Source: Eledone cirrhosa | Taxonomy: Eukaryota | DNA length: 64,000 bases | Direction of reading: 5' to 3' | NCBI GenBank assembly: GCA_964016885.1 | Contig: OZ024751.1 | Span: forward strand, 26,226,001-26,290,000 | Shown: positions 1-13,822 of the stretch, in pieces | How positions within the stretch are numbered: position 1 is the first letter of the stretch | How the letters are laid out: every line of letters starts with the position of its first letter | Position numbers and translations under genes: made by a program | Notes under the pieces: model-generated | Databases searched by the model: none | What the model was told of the DNA's origin: nothing | Seen by the model: only the letters and a program-made list of their open reading frames with translations

Positions 1-137
1 TATTATTTATTAGAAAGTGGGGGTTTTTTTTTACAAAATGAAAAATAACCGAGGTGTCCTACATGAGTGAAAGTATAAGGAAAAAAGATGAAGTCGAAAA
101 TGCAACTGGAGTCTTTTTAAGAATATTTATTTGGTTC

Positions 138-173
138 CTTTACCGGTTTCGCAGTTCTTCTGCTTTTCAAAAG
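138..173 (-). ncRNA. Minimal type I hammerhead ribozyme, U3-A8 core variant
   Basis: Minus strand: ctt-TTGAAAA-gcag-aagaa-ctgc-GAAA-ccgg-TA-aag (3-bp stem I, stem II, palindromic stem III, GUA site). Same family at 41282-41314. Confidence 0.7.
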
Positions 174-202
174 TAGAATTGAGATGGAGGGTTTGTAGTT
201 TT

Positions 203-289
<87 letters not shown>

Positions 290-388
290 TGTATATATTT
301 GTATATATATATATATATATAATATATATATACACACATATATACACATATATATATACATACATACACACATACATACATACATACA

Positions 389-418
<30 letters not shown>

Positions 419-419
<1 letters not shown>

Positions 420-1255
420 GCAGAACTAACATCGAGGATATCACCTATGTCATCAGCAGCTGTCCAATGATGTCATCGCGGTACTATCTACCTATGAGGC
501 ATGATATAGTGGCCAAAACACTGTACAATGCAGTTCGTAAAAAAGATAGCCCCGACAATAAACACATTAAAAGCTACAGCAATGTGGAAGACATCCATGT
601 ACATAATATGAAAGAGTACTGGTGGAATATTCCAGTAAAAACCCCAATAAAATGCAGGCATAACAGACCAGATATTATGATATGGGACAAGGAGAAGAAA
701 GCATGCACAGTAGTGGAAATTAGCTGCCAAGCAGATGCCAATATAATATCAAAGATTAGTGAAAAGGAGAATATTTATGCAGAACTGATGAGAAATCTGC
801 AGATACTCCACCCTGGTTACACCTTCAGATTTATGCCTGAGATTATTGGGGCACTGGGATATGTTAGTAACTACCTCAATACAAATCTTGAGAAGCTGGG
901 CTTCACAAGAACAGAAAGAACACGACTAGTTAGGAAATTACAGGTACAATCCATTAATGTACCTGTAATTTCCTAACTAACTAATGTACATTAATGAACA
1001 GTAAAAATATGTAAAACATTCCAAAAAATTTGCATCTAATAACTGCATATACACATGTACAGATACAAAGCATATACACATGCACACATACAACTCAAAA
1101 CATACACATCCACACATACAATAACATCCATATCTACACATGCATGCATACATACATACCTACCTACTTGATGTGTAAATTCCAATGAGAGAGTCTTGTG
1201 TCTCTGTTAGAAACCGACTCTCTCTCTATTGGTAAAATTATAAAACCAGAAGAAC
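419..1255 (+). mobile_element. 3' fragment of an R4/Dong-like non-LTR retrotransposon (degenerate CCHC knuckle + restriction-like endonuclease + putative 3' UTR)
   Basis: [16 protein letters not shown], then ORF 467-976 with RHDIVAKTLY, WWNIPV, NRPDIMIWDK..VVEISC and K-E-N-I-Y (RLE PD-(D/E)xK motifs). Flanked by (TACA)n and (TA)n. Confidence 0.85.
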
Positions 1256-1272
1256 ATACATACATATAAATG

Positions 1273-1353
<81 letters not shown>

Positions 1354-1624
1354 CTCCCAGATGGCAATTTCATGGTGGAAAAGTCATCTATATATGCATA
1401 CATACATTTGCCTGTCTGTACATATATATGTATAAACATACCATATGTATGCATGTATGAATGTATATTGTGTGTGTGTGTATGCGTGTGTATGTATACA
1501 TGTATGTATGTTGTGAATGTATGTAGGTATGTATGTATATTGAGTATGTGGGCATGCGTGTGTATGTATGTATATATGTATGTATATTATGTATGTATGT
1601 ATATATGTATTTATGTATGTATGC

Positions 1625-1696
<72 letters not shown>

Positions 1697-1820
1697 TTAC
1701 TGCTGAGTCAGAGTAAAGAACTGTATTGTTTAAAAAGTCGTTCAAGAAACAATGATTCACATCATACCTTTTAATGTGTTTTATATTACTAATATATAAC
1801 TGATGAACACAGCACCCCCC

Positions 1821-1905
<85 letters not shown>

Positions 1906-1940
1906 TAAAAACAATCAAAACTATGTTCAATACATTTTAT

Positions 1941-1988
1941 TGCTGACAATCGTTTCTTCCAAACAGCCATTTGGAATCATCGGAGCAT
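1941..1988 (-). ncRNA. Minimal type I hammerhead ribozyme inside inverted-repeat element 1899-2258
   Basis: Minus strand: tgct-CCGATGA-ttccaaa-tggctg-tttggaa-GAAA-cgattg-TC-agca. U4 is changed to C. The element has ~60-bp inverted arms and (TA)n on both sides. Confidence 0.75.
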
Positions 1989-2251
1989 CGGCAAAGTTTA
2001 AACACATAATTAAGTTCCTATTCTACAGAACAATCATAAAAATACGTTGATATTATTGTTTCTATCAATAGTGTCATATTCAAAGTGAGTGAAGATGTTG
2101 TGGTCGGTAGCAATGGGTATAATACAGATTATAAAAGAATTATAAAAGAAGGTTATTCTCAAAGGAGGACATTAGTGGTACATAGGCATATAGACGGTAA
2201 GAAACGATTGTCAGCAATAAAATGTATTGAACATAGTTTTGATTGTTTTGA

Positions 2252-2329
<78 letters not shown>

Positions 2330-2332
<3 letters not shown>

Positions 2333-2497
2333 ATGGAATTGTGGTAAGGAACCATGTGGACCATAACGCACCAGAGTACTCAATACTTAGGGTATTAGAG
2401 TGGGTAATAGGAAAAGTATGACCCCGACGGCAGAGCTCAAGCCAGAAATAGCCGTTGAAACGGCTTGAGCTCTGCCGTCGGGGTCATACTTTTTCCT
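2330..2497. mobile_element. (TA)n-embedded element end with the 3' half of a hammerhead; family also at 4250-4327, 8840-8975, 55198-55337
   Basis: GAAA-cggc-ttgagctct-gccg-TC-gggg at 2457-2483 (+). The 8840-8975 copy has the same motif on minus with a different stem III loop. All share tgtggtaagga..ggaccataac..cagagtactcaatacttag. Confidence 0.65.
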
Positions 2498-2566
2498 ATA
2501 TATATATATATATATATATTTATATCAAAATGAAAATCCGAAGGCAAGGTAAAATTTCAATCATTT

Positions 2567-2645
2567 AATCACGACACATGTTTCAATAAGAGATAGATCG
2601 ATTGTGAAGTCATGATCGATTATCACTGATCTCATCAGGTGAATT
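2567..2645 (-). ncRNA. Minimal type I hammerhead ribozyme with long stem II
   Basis: Minus strand: tcac-CTGATGA-gat...att-GAAA-catgtg-TC-gtga. Confidence 0.75.
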
Positions 2646-2681
2646 TTACACAACCAATAATGCACCTTACTATATAACAAC

Positions 2682-2734
<53 letters not shown>

Positions 2735-2768
2735 TAGCGTGGAAGATGGACGTTAAACGAAGATGATG

Positions 2769-2804
<36 letters not shown>

Positions 2805-2949
2805 ATATATATATACAATGTGTGTTATGGGGGAGATTTCGTTCCTATAGCTTTCATGTAAATACGTATATACATATATACATAAATATATACATACATA
2901 CATGCATACAAACATGCATACATATATACATATATGCATACAAACATAT

Positions 2950-2988
<39 letters not shown>

Positions 2989-3063
2989 ACAAAAAATATA
3001 TATATATACATACATACTTAGATACATACATACATACATACATACATATATGCATGTACAGAC

Positions 3064-3149
<86 letters not shown>

Positions 3150-3372
3150 GTATGTATATATGTATGTATATATGTATGCATGTATGTATGCATCTATGTA
3201 TATATGTATATATACATACATATATATGCACGTACAGACATGTATATATATATATATATATATATTTATGTATATATATGTATGTATATATGTATGCATG
3301 TATGTATGCATGTATGTATATATGTATGCATGTATGTATATATATTCACGCACACCCACACAGAGACCTATT

Positions 3373-3466
<94 letters not shown>

Positions 3467-3871
3467 TAGATAACATTTCTGAGTCACAGATACATGCATG
3501 TTGATACATGCAAGCTACACTATCACCGTCCCTCGGGTCTATTATTTACATATATGGACTGGATTGAATGACAGTAGATCACACCCACAAGCAGCTTGTA
3601 GAATGACCTAACGAGCTTCCATGTGGGCATTTGATTTGTTAGAAATAGCAGGCAAAACCACCCTCAAACTTAGAAGCTGTTCCAAGTCCTGAAGCTCAAT
3701 AGGTCGGTGTGTGTCCCGGTTTCATTGGCGTTTAGCGGCTGAGAGTATAATAGTCCCTTTCTCCGGGATGGGAAGCCAGTTTGTGGCAGAGTTAATCACC
3801 AGCTACTGATGCTTTTACTCATATATATATATATATCTATATATCTATATATATATCTATCTATCTATCTA

Positions 3872-3927
<56 letters not shown>

Positions 3928-3940
3928 CTATATCTATCTA

Positions 3941-4060
<120 letters not shown>

Positions 4061-4137
4061 TTAGGTAATTCCGAAGGAAAAGCAAAGGGAAACAAGTGCT
4101 CTATGTATAGAACAGAGCTATTTAATTACATATATAC

Positions 4138-4170
<33 letters not shown>

Positions 4171-4202
4171 GAGAGAGAGAAAGAGAATAGAACAGAGGTA
4201 TT

Positions 4203-4249
<47 letters not shown>

Positions 4250-4323
4250 CGAAGGAAATGTGGTAAGGAACCAGGTGGACCATAACGCACCAAAGTACTC
4301 AATACTTAGGGTAGTAGAGTGGG

Positions 4324-4361
<38 letters not shown>

Positions 4362-4584
4362 ATCTATGTAGAAATAAACACAGTAGAAATAAACAGTGTC
4401 TAAAATTACGAGGGTTGAAATACTACATTGGTTTGATAAATTTAACCTGAAGCAAATGGAAAATATAGAATATATATACAGACCGTCTCTATAACTATTT
4501 CATCTCTCGGGCAGATTAGAGATTTATACTTTGAGCTTGTTAATTACAGGGTATCAATATGAGTTTGTAACTCTGTATTTTATT

Positions 4585-4672
<88 letters not shown>

Positions 4673-4812
4673 AGGTGAGTTTTATTGTAGTACAATAAAG
4701 CAATGCATATATCGGATAAGAAGCACTCTACAGTTTGTAGGACTGGAGTGTATGTTGATTTAAAACTGAACTATCCACAAGTGTTTTTTAACCTTCATAT
4801 CATGTCTTCCTA

Positions 4813-4879
4813 TTTTTTCTGATGAAAACACAAATATTATTGCATGATGATATTTGTTTTTGAAATGCGCATAATAAAA
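4813..4879 (+). ncRNA. Minimal type I hammerhead (TGCGCA family)
   Basis: tttttt-CTGATGA-aaacacaaatattattgcatgatgatatttgttttt-GAAA-tgcgca-TA-ataaaa. One stem I mismatch. Confidence 0.8.
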
Positions 4880-4911
4880 TACATGGAACTCTTTTAACCC
4901 TCTTTTGATCT

Positions 4912-4944
<33 letters not shown>

Positions 4945-4945
4945 C

Positions 4946-5165
4946 GGGAGCCTCCTAAAGGTCAGCTGGAAAGTGTCAATGAGGAGACTGAGGTTAGCTG
5001 GACATGTGCTCAACGACATTCAGAGTTGACACTGCACTCAATGGTCCTGTGGGAGCCCCTACACGGATACACTGGAAGAGGGAAACCGAAGATGACATAT
5101 GTTGATGCTCTGGTTTCTGGGAGACGCAGGACATAATAGCGGCGATGATGAAAGACAGAGAGAAC
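4946..5165 (+). mobile_element. RTE-clade LINE 3' remnant
   Basis: Translates as RRLRLAGHVL...VLWEPLHGYTGRGKPKMTYVDAL, the conserved RTE C-terminal motif. Frameshifted. Confidence 0.75.
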
Positions 5166-5555
5166 TCTGCAATTTTACCCGCCTTGACACATAAAGATTT
5201 CAGTTGCTAATGTTTTACTGTGTTGGCCGTCACATTCACAGTCATAGCCGTCACCGACTGGAATCGAATTCTGTCGATCGATTGGTTATTGATTAGGAGA
5301 AACCCGCTGATGAAGCCACAGGCGACGATTGTGCATTGTTTCATAATAAATGCGGACAGTAGATGCTGTGCACTCTATTGCTGCATTAAATGTGGCCGAA
5401 ACTCGAGTTCGGGAACAATTGAAGGTACTCGTTTACGCGTGTTGTGTTGAAACCAATAACTATGTGTCTACTCTGGGAGTTTACTTAACATTACCTATTG
5501 AGTACGCTGAGATGCAAGCGGTTCTAACCGTGAAACCCATGCTAGTTCAGTCAAC

Positions 5556-5609
<54 letters not shown>

Positions 5610-5632
5610 GTATATATATATATGTGTGTGTA

Positions 5633-5716
<84 letters not shown>

Positions 5717-5721
<5 letters not shown>

Positions 5722-6108
5722 ATAGAGAAATTAATGTGAGCAAGAAGCCAACAGTATTTCATAATATATAAGTGACTATAACGTCAAGATGGAAAATATT
5801 TAACGTAAGATATGGGAAAATAATTCAATCTCAATTAAAAAAAAAGTCAAGACAGAAATTTTATCCACAGATTTTGTGAAATCCAGGGAAAAGACCAATA
5901 GAGTCTTAACTCAGAATAAAATTAAGGTTAAATACTCATCCTTCAATTTGGAAAAACTACAAATGCTCTATATAGTCTTAAAAAGACTATTTCACGAAAC
6001 TTTTCAGTGGGCTTAGTCACGGTTGGAGTCGTTCATCAGTAGAGCTCAAAACACGATAAGCAAAAGTCACTGCTAAAATATGCCAGAAAGGGAATTTAAA
6101 AGCAGGCT
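5717..6108 (-). mobile_element. Truncated copy of the ~640-nt hammerhead-bearing element, between (TA)n tracts
   Basis: Homologous to 41478-42265 and 48159-48921. Confidence 0.85.
5965..6045 (-). ncRNA. Full type I hammerhead ribozyme
   Basis: Minus strand: gctcta-CTGATGA-acga...tcgt-GAAA-tagtct-tttta-agacta-TA-tagagc. 6-bp stem I, closed stem III, AUA site. Confidence 0.9.
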
Positions 6109-6415
6109 TATATATATATATATAAGCTGTGTGGATAAGAGCAGCGTAAAATGAAGCGTCTTGCTCAAGGACAACGCACTATCCAGACAAGGAATTGAAC
6201 TCACAACATTATGATCACTATGATCATTATGTCCACTCCATCCTAACAACACTATGTTTTCTACTCAGTTCTGTTCCTAAATGCAACCATCTCGCCTACG
6301 GAATGCTCATCCGACTTCTTCCGACATCTTCCGACATCTTCCGGCTTCTTCCGGCTACTTTTTCCGGCTTCTTCCGGCTACTTAATCACTACAATTTTCA
6401 AAAGTAACAGCAATC

Positions 6416-6510
<95 letters not shown>

Positions 6511-6582
6511 TGAGTTATGTTCATTTTGTCATGTCCTGCTCTCTTGCATTTTATTGGATTTACTGCTTTACTTAGGTGAATA

Positions 6583-6674
<92 letters not shown>

Positions 6675-6699
6675 ATAGAGGTGTAACACACGAGTTATG

Positions 6700-7054
6700 A
6701 TATATTGGTAAAAGGAAAAGAAAATGCTGACAAATTGTTCCCAGTGAAAAATAGTTTAATTAGGAATAAGTAAAAATGAGTAATAAGTATTGGTTAGTAT
6801 TCAGTTTTGCTTTTAAGTTTTTACCGGTTGCGCATTTCTAATGCTTTTCAAAAATAATCAGATTAGAGCAAACATCACGGGCGCTCTATCTCAAAATTAT
6901 TTTTGAAAAGCATTAGAAATGCGCAACCGGTAAATACTTAAAACCAAAACTGAATACTAACCAATACTTATTACTAATTTTTACTTATTCCTAATTAAAC
7001 TATTTTTCACTGGGAACAATTTGTCAGCATTTTCTTTTCCTTTTACCAATATAT
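6700..7054. mobile_element. Inverted-repeat element (~157-bp arms), each arm with a U3-A8 hammerhead-like motif carrying GCAA in place of GAAA
   Basis: Arms ~6701-6857 and ~6896-7054. Motif tt-TTGAAAA-gcatt-aga-aatgc-GCAA-ccgg-TA-aa at 6901-6934 (+) and 6819-6854 (-). Confidence 0.75.
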
Positions 7055-7098
7055 ATATATATATATATATAATTTTATTATGCGCATTTCAAAAATAT

Positions 7099-7350
7099 GT
7101 TGATTTAAAACTGCACTATCCACAAGTGTTTTTTAACCTTCATATCATGTCTTCCTGTTTTATCTGATGAAAACACAAATATTATTGCATGATGATATTT
7201 GTTTTTGAAATGCGCATAATAAAATACATGGAACTCTTTTAGCCATCTTTTGTTTTTATATATTATGTATACTCCAGTCCTACAAACTGTAGAGTGCTTC
7301 TTATCCGATATCTGCATTGCTTTATTGTACTACAATAAAACTCACCTCCT

Positions 7351-7352
<2 letters not shown>
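7099..7352 (+). mobile_element. ~255-bp non-autonomous HHR element (TGCGCA family); other copies or fragments at 4671-4915, 44915-45358, 47763-48015, 62357-62412
   Basis: Near-identical sequence recurs in both orientations, each time next to (TA)n. Confidence 0.85.
7158..7224 (+). ncRNA. Minimal type I hammerhead (TGCGCA family)
   Basis: ttttat-CTGATGA-[AU-rich stem II]-GAAA-tgcgca-TA-ataaaa. Perfect 6-bp stem I and palindromic stem III. Confidence 0.88.
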
Positions 7353-7384
<32 letters not shown>

Positions 7385-7456
7385 TTCGTTCACACACAAA
7401 CAAAATGGCGTAGGATAGAAGAAAGGAAAGGCACAGAAACGAAGAAAGAAATCCCC

Positions 7457-7501
7457 AGTCACTGAAGAGGTCACAGAGTGTGTGACGAAAGAACTATGAC
7501 T
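7457..7501 (+). ncRNA. Ultra-minimal type I hammerhead (GAAAGAAC family)
   Basis: agtca-CTGAAGA-g-gtcaca-gagtg-tgtgac-GAAA-gaac-TA-tgact. Confidence 0.85.
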
Positions 7502-7712
7502 ATATATATATAAACAACTATCTGGTTGTGGGACCAACCAACCAACCAGAAATTTAAAAATTTATAAATATATAATAAATTAAATTGAAGTGAAAGCAAC
7601 TGGTGCGTGTGTTTCTTATTGGCAACATGACCCTCCCAAAGTATAACAATATATATATATATATATAGTAATAATAATAAAATTGAAGACTAAAATCCAT
7701 ATATATATATAA

Positions 7713-7780
<68 letters not shown>

Positions 7781-8013
7781 TATTAGGGAGAGGATCAGGG
7801 GTGTATAACACTCCACTTATCCAACAGGCAGTATAAGGTTAGCTCGATGTTAGCTTATTTTTCAATTATTTTTCGATGTTTATTCTTCAATGTTTATTTT
7901 TATTTTTACTTCCTCAATATTTTTTATATTTTTTATCTTTTATTATTTTTTATTCTTTATTTCTTCAATGTCTTGGATTTGTTATTGCTTGTGTGATATG
8001 TAATCAACCTTTA

Positions 8014-8059
8014 TGCTCTGATGAGTCCCACTTATAGTGCGGATGAAACAATGTTAGCA
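8014..8059 (+). ncRNA. Minimal type I hammerhead ribozyme
   Basis: tgct-CTGATGA-gtcc-cacttatagtgc-ggat-GAAA-caatg-TT-agca, ~40 nt before (TA)n. Confidence 0.8.
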
Positions 8060-8099
8060 AGTAAAGATATGCACATGCCATAGGCGTTCTTTGTTATTG

Positions 8100-8183
<84 letters not shown>

Positions 8184-8389
8184 AATATATATATGTATGT
8201 ATATATATATGTATGTATATATATATATATATATAAAATATAGTTATGACTAACCCACAATACAACAGCTTGTATCGACTTACGAGGCTTGAATGACCAA
8301 ACACTAAACAAACCACAATCTCTAAACAATAGTATATGAGTTATATGCCATCATAACTCATCATACAGGCCGGGGTTGATTTCATTATT

Positions 8390-8696
8390 AACTGTTTATA
8401 TCTATATATAACAGAAAGATGTTTATTGGTTGACTGGTTCAACTGTTTATATCTATATATAACAGAAAGATGCCTATTGGTTGACTGGTTCAACTGTTTA
8501 TATCTATATATAACAGAAAGATGCCTATTGGTTGACTGGTTCAACTGTTTATATCTATATATAACAGAAAGATGCCTATTGGTTGACTGGTTCAACTGTT
8601 TATATCTATATATAACAGAAAGATGTCTATTGGTTGACTGGTTCAACTGTTTATATCTATATATAACAGAAAGATGTCTATTGGTTGACTGGTTGA
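8390..8696. repeat. 51-bp minisatellite, ~6 copies
   Basis: Unit aactgtttatatctatatataacagaaagatgcctattggttgactggttc. Confidence 0.95.
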
Positions 8697-8998
8697 ATGT
8701 GCAAAGCAACATCTAAACGTCCGGTTCTACTTTCTCTATTTACACTCTGCACACAACAGTCGCCTGAACTGTGGAACACAACCTAACACAGGATAGACCT
8801 CATAACAGTGGGTGCGAGTTATTACATCCTCTTGTTTGGGTGTGGTAAGATACCAGGTGGACCATAACCCACCAGAGTACTCAATACTTAGGTTAGTAGA
8901 GTGGATAATAGAAAGAGAGTCAGGACCCCGACGGCTGAGATCCGGCCGTTTCGGCAGCTAGATCCGAACGCGTTCGTGTGTGTGTGTGTGTGTGTCTG

Positions 8999-9076
<78 letters not shown>

Positions 9077-9225
9077 GTGTGTGTGTGTGTGAGTATGTAG
9101 GTGTGTGTACATATTTCTATATTTGTGCATGCGTATGTATGCGTGTATATATGTGTGTATGTATGTGTATGTATGTACGTGTGTATATATGTATGATTGT
9201 GTGTATGTATGTATATATGTATATA

Positions 9226-9317
<92 letters not shown>

Positions 9318-9319
<2 letters not shown>

Positions 9320-9443
9320 ATGAAAAATTTGAACAGGGACAGAACAGAGAGGCAGTACGATAAATGTTTATTAAATTCACGCTCAGGAGAGTGGGGGGTA
9401 GGTGGGGGACGACGTTTCGGGCATAAGCCCTTCTTCAGGTGAG
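9318..9443 (-). mobile_element. (TA)n-adjacent element end with hammerhead core; family also at 54530-54652 (+) and 62224-62308 (-)
   Basis: Minus strand: ctcac-CTGAAGA-a-gggc-ttat-gccc-GAAA-cgtc. The stem I/III partner is not clearly present. Confidence 0.65.
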
Positions 9444-9707
9444 TATATATATATATACGTATATATGTGTGTGTATGTATATATATATATATATATACAT
9501 TACATCTCTAGCTATTCCGTCCATACATCATACCAATGAAGCTAGAATAAGTTTCTTGTCTTCCCAGACCCAGTTTCCCCGGTTATCTTACCGCAGCAAT
9601 GGCTGAGGGGTTGACAGGTTAGGAAGTTCTATTCGCAGTTACAAGGTCCTGGGTTCGATCCCCGACCACTCCACCACCAACTATGGCTTCATTCATACAA
9701 TGTAATA

Positions 9708-10420
9708 TATCCTACCACCTCTGTATAACATGGACTAGTCTATAATCTCTCCATACATCCCTACCACCCCTATATAACATGGACTAGTCTCTCCATACAT
9801 CCCTACCACCCATATATAACATGGACTAGTCTCTCCATACATCCCTACCACCCCTATATAACATGGACTAGTCACTCCATACATCCCTACCACCCCTATA
9901 TAACATGGACTAGTCACGCCATACATCCCTACCACCCCTATATAACATGGACTAGTCTCTCCATACATCCCTACCACCCCTATATAACATGGACTAGTCT
10001 CTCCATACATCCCTACCACCCCTATATAACATGGACTAGTCTCTCCATACATCCCTACCACCCCTATATAACATGGACTAGTCACGCCATACATCCCTAC
10101 CACCCCTATATAACATGGACTAGTCTCTCCATACATCCCTACCACCCCTATATAACATGGACTAGTCTCTCCATACATCCCTACCACCCCTATATAACAT
10201 GGACTAGTCTCTCCATACATCCCTACCACCCCTATATAACATGGACTAGTCTCTCCATACATCCCTACCACCCCTATATAACATGGACTAGTCTCTCCAT
10301 ACATCCCTACCACCCCTATATAACATGGACTAGTCTCTCCATACATCCCTACCACCCCTATATAACATGGACTAGTCACTCCATACATCCCTACCACCCC
10401 TATATAACATGGACTAGTCT
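9708..10420. repeat. 42-bp minisatellite, ~17 copies
   Basis: Unit ccatacatccctaccacccctatataacatggactagtctct. Confidence 0.95.
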
Positions 10421-10519
10421 ATTATCTCACTATATTTCACCCAGTAGTCATTCTTATAATTACCATTATTGATATTTCTGTTGTAGATTCTCTCTTGACA
10501 TTGTTGGGTCCACTACAGG

Positions 10520-10536
10520 AACACACACACACATAC

Positions 10537-10585
<49 letters not shown>

Positions 10586-11440
10586 TACACATACATACAT
10601 ATATATACACATATACATACATATACATACGTACACATACATACACGTACATACACATACATACACATACACATACATACATACACATACACATACACAT
10701 ACATACATACACATACATACATACATACACATACATACATACATACATACATACATACATACACGTACATACACATACACATACACATACATACATACAT
10801 ATACATACACGTACATACACATACATACATATACATACATACACATACACATACACATACATACACATACATTCATACACATACATACATACATATACAC
10901 GTACATACACATACATACATATACATACACGTACATACATACACATACACATACACATACATACATACACATACATACATATACATACATACACATACAT
11001 ACATACACATACATACATACATACACATACATACACACGCATACACACATACACATACATACATATACATACACATACATACACATACATACACATACAT
11101 ACATATACATACATACACATACATACATACATACACATACATACATACATACACACACATACATACATACATACACATACACATAGACATACATACATAC
11201 ATATACATACACGTACATACACATACATACATATACATACACATACATACACATACATACACACACATACATACATACATACACATACACATAGACATAC
11301 ATACATACATATACATACACACATACATACACATACACACACATACATACATACACATACATACACATACACGTACATACATACACGTACATACACACAA
11401 ATATGCACACATTTATATAGACATAAATATATATATATAT

Positions 11441-11513
<73 letters not shown>

Positions 11514-11565
11514 TATATATATACATATATACATATATAAATGTATATATGTATATATGTATATA
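10520..11565. repeat. Compound (CA)/(CATA)/(TA) microsatellite
   Basis: Directly visible. Source of the long spurious ORFs here. Confidence 0.95.
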
Positions 11566-11903
11566 TTGTTATTGATATTCAATTATCACTATATTATCTC
11601 TCAGTTCGCATTATGGTCAAATCGATTAGACAGAGAGAAACAGGGAGAGGGGGGGATAGAGACAGAGAGGGAGAGAGAGCGAATGAGAGAGAGAGGGAGA
11701 GAGTGAGAGAGAGACATGGCTAATGACCAAATCTTTATGAATAAACTCTTGTCTGAGTTAATTATGTTTAGTGAGTCGTTAATGATATGTAACTGTGTCA
11801 CTGCCGTATCCTACATCCTACTTATATGAAGTCTTGGTGTGCTAGACATAGCAGTCAAACTTCTCTCAACGACTGTTCACTGTTGTTTGGTATCCATTAA
11901 TGT

Positions 11904-12280
11904 TGGATTGGCAGTATCGGTAGAGGGTCGGACGCCATGATTTGAAGCATAGAGTTACCTCCCTTTATGATCTGAGTTCAAATCCCGCCGAGGTTAACTT
12001 TGCCTTTCATCCTTACGGGCTTGATAAAATAAAGTACCAGTAATGCACTGGGGTATTTGCTGGCCTTGTGCCTAAAATAGAAACAATTATTATTATTGGC
12101 AGTATCAGTAGAGGGTCGGACGCCATGCTTTCCAGCATAGTTACGTCCCTTTACAGTCTGAGTTCAAATCCCGCCGAGGTTGACTTTGCCTTTCATCCTT
12201 ACGGGGTCGATAAAATAAAGTACCAGTAATGCACTGGGTAATTGCTGGCCTTGTGCCTAAAGTAGAAACAATTATTATTA
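11904..12280 (+). mobile_element. Two tandem tRNA-derived SINE copies
   Basis: A-box-like tggcagtatcggtag, B-box gagttcaaatcc, conserved cctttcatccttacggggtcgataaaataaagtaccag body, (ATT)n tail. Confidence 0.85.
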
Positions 12281-12698
12281 CTATCATTAATTGATCGTGG
12301 ATCAGCTTATCGGCAGAGCGTCGGACATCATGCTTCACGGCAAAGAGTTACGGCCCCTTACGTTCCCACCGTGGTTAGCTTTGTTTTTCATCCTTCCGTG
12401 GGGGTCGATTTAATCGACTTTCCCCTCCTCCAAAATTGTTGGTTTTATGTCTAAACCATTATTGTTGTTGCTGTTGTTACTGTTGTTGTCTGTAATGTAT
12501 GGCATTGTACCATCAATTAGGAACTAAGGTCAAGCTATTATGTCAACAGAGGTCACCAGGTCACAACTCTATTATTGTAACTCGTCAGCAGTTACTAGTT
12601 TAACAAAGCAGTCTACCAAGCCCACAAACAACTACCAAGCCCACAAATTTATGTTGTGTACACATATAAACAAACACACACATATATGTACATACACC

Positions 12699-12745
<47 letters not shown>

Positions 12746-12945
12746 NNNNNNNNNNNNNNNNNNNNNNNNNNNNNNNNNNNNNNNNNNNNNNNNNNNNNNN
12801 NNNNNNNNNNNNNNNNNNNNNNNNNNNNNNNNNNNNNNNNNNNNNNNNNNNNNNNNNNNNNNNNNNNNNNNNNNNNNNNNNNNNNNNNNNNNNNNNNNNN
12901 NNNNNNNNNNNNNNNNNNNNNNNNNNNNNNNNNNNNNNNNNNNNN
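12746..12945. other. Assembly gap (200 N)
   Basis: Run of N. Confidence 1.
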
Positions 12946-13217
12946 TATCATGTTCTTCGTTGTGTTAGATTGCATCGCTTACCTTTTAAGTTCGTTTCTT
13001 AGTGACATAATGTTGAGAGGATCACTATTGCTTGACCCTTGGTCACGTGTAGAAAAAAGAGGGGGAACTGGATGAAGGACTATTGGTCAGTTATTATGAC
13101 CCACTACAAATATAGGAAGGAGAGGGTTAACTGGGGGGCCATTGGTCATTTTTTATAACCAACTCCTGTACTATATTAAGTTTCACAACATAAGGTTTAT
13201 CTCAGTTCGAGGAAATA

Positions 13218-13250
<33 letters not shown>

Positions 13251-13427
13251 GTGATGATGATGGTGATGTTTTATGTATTTATTTATGACCAATAAATCTC
13301 CCGTAAAACAATCATCCAATAGAAAGTCAGTAAAGTCGCCATAACGATCTTGTCATCTGTTATCTTGAGGGAAGTGAGAGGATGGTGTAATTTGAAACTA
13401 AATATAGAGAACAGCATTGATACTGTA

Positions 13428-13492
<65 letters not shown>

Positions 13493-13506
13493 ACTCTCTC
13501 TTGCTC

Positions 13507-13580
<74 letters not shown>

Positions 13581-13738
13581 TTTCTCCCTCCCTCTCTCTT
13601 TCTTGGAAATTTCTATATATTTCGAAGTTGAAAAAAATGAAAACGAAATTTCATTTCTCACTCTTAGTATGGCACTTACTTAAATGTAAGTATGTATGTA
13701 TACGTACATACATATATGTATACAGACGTACAGTAGCA

Positions 13739-13822
<84 letters not shown>

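Noticed and set aside
1899-2258. Interpreting the TA-flanked inverted-repeat islands as Tc1/mariner MITEs
   Set aside because: Arms are unequal, carry oriented hammerheads and also occur singly. This fits retroelement 3' ends better than TIRs.
9708-10420. CRISPR-like appearance of the tandem arrays (also 35757-36585, 42724-43650, 59980-60195)
   Set aside because: Units are contiguous with no unique spacers, there are no cas genes, and the context is eukaryotic.
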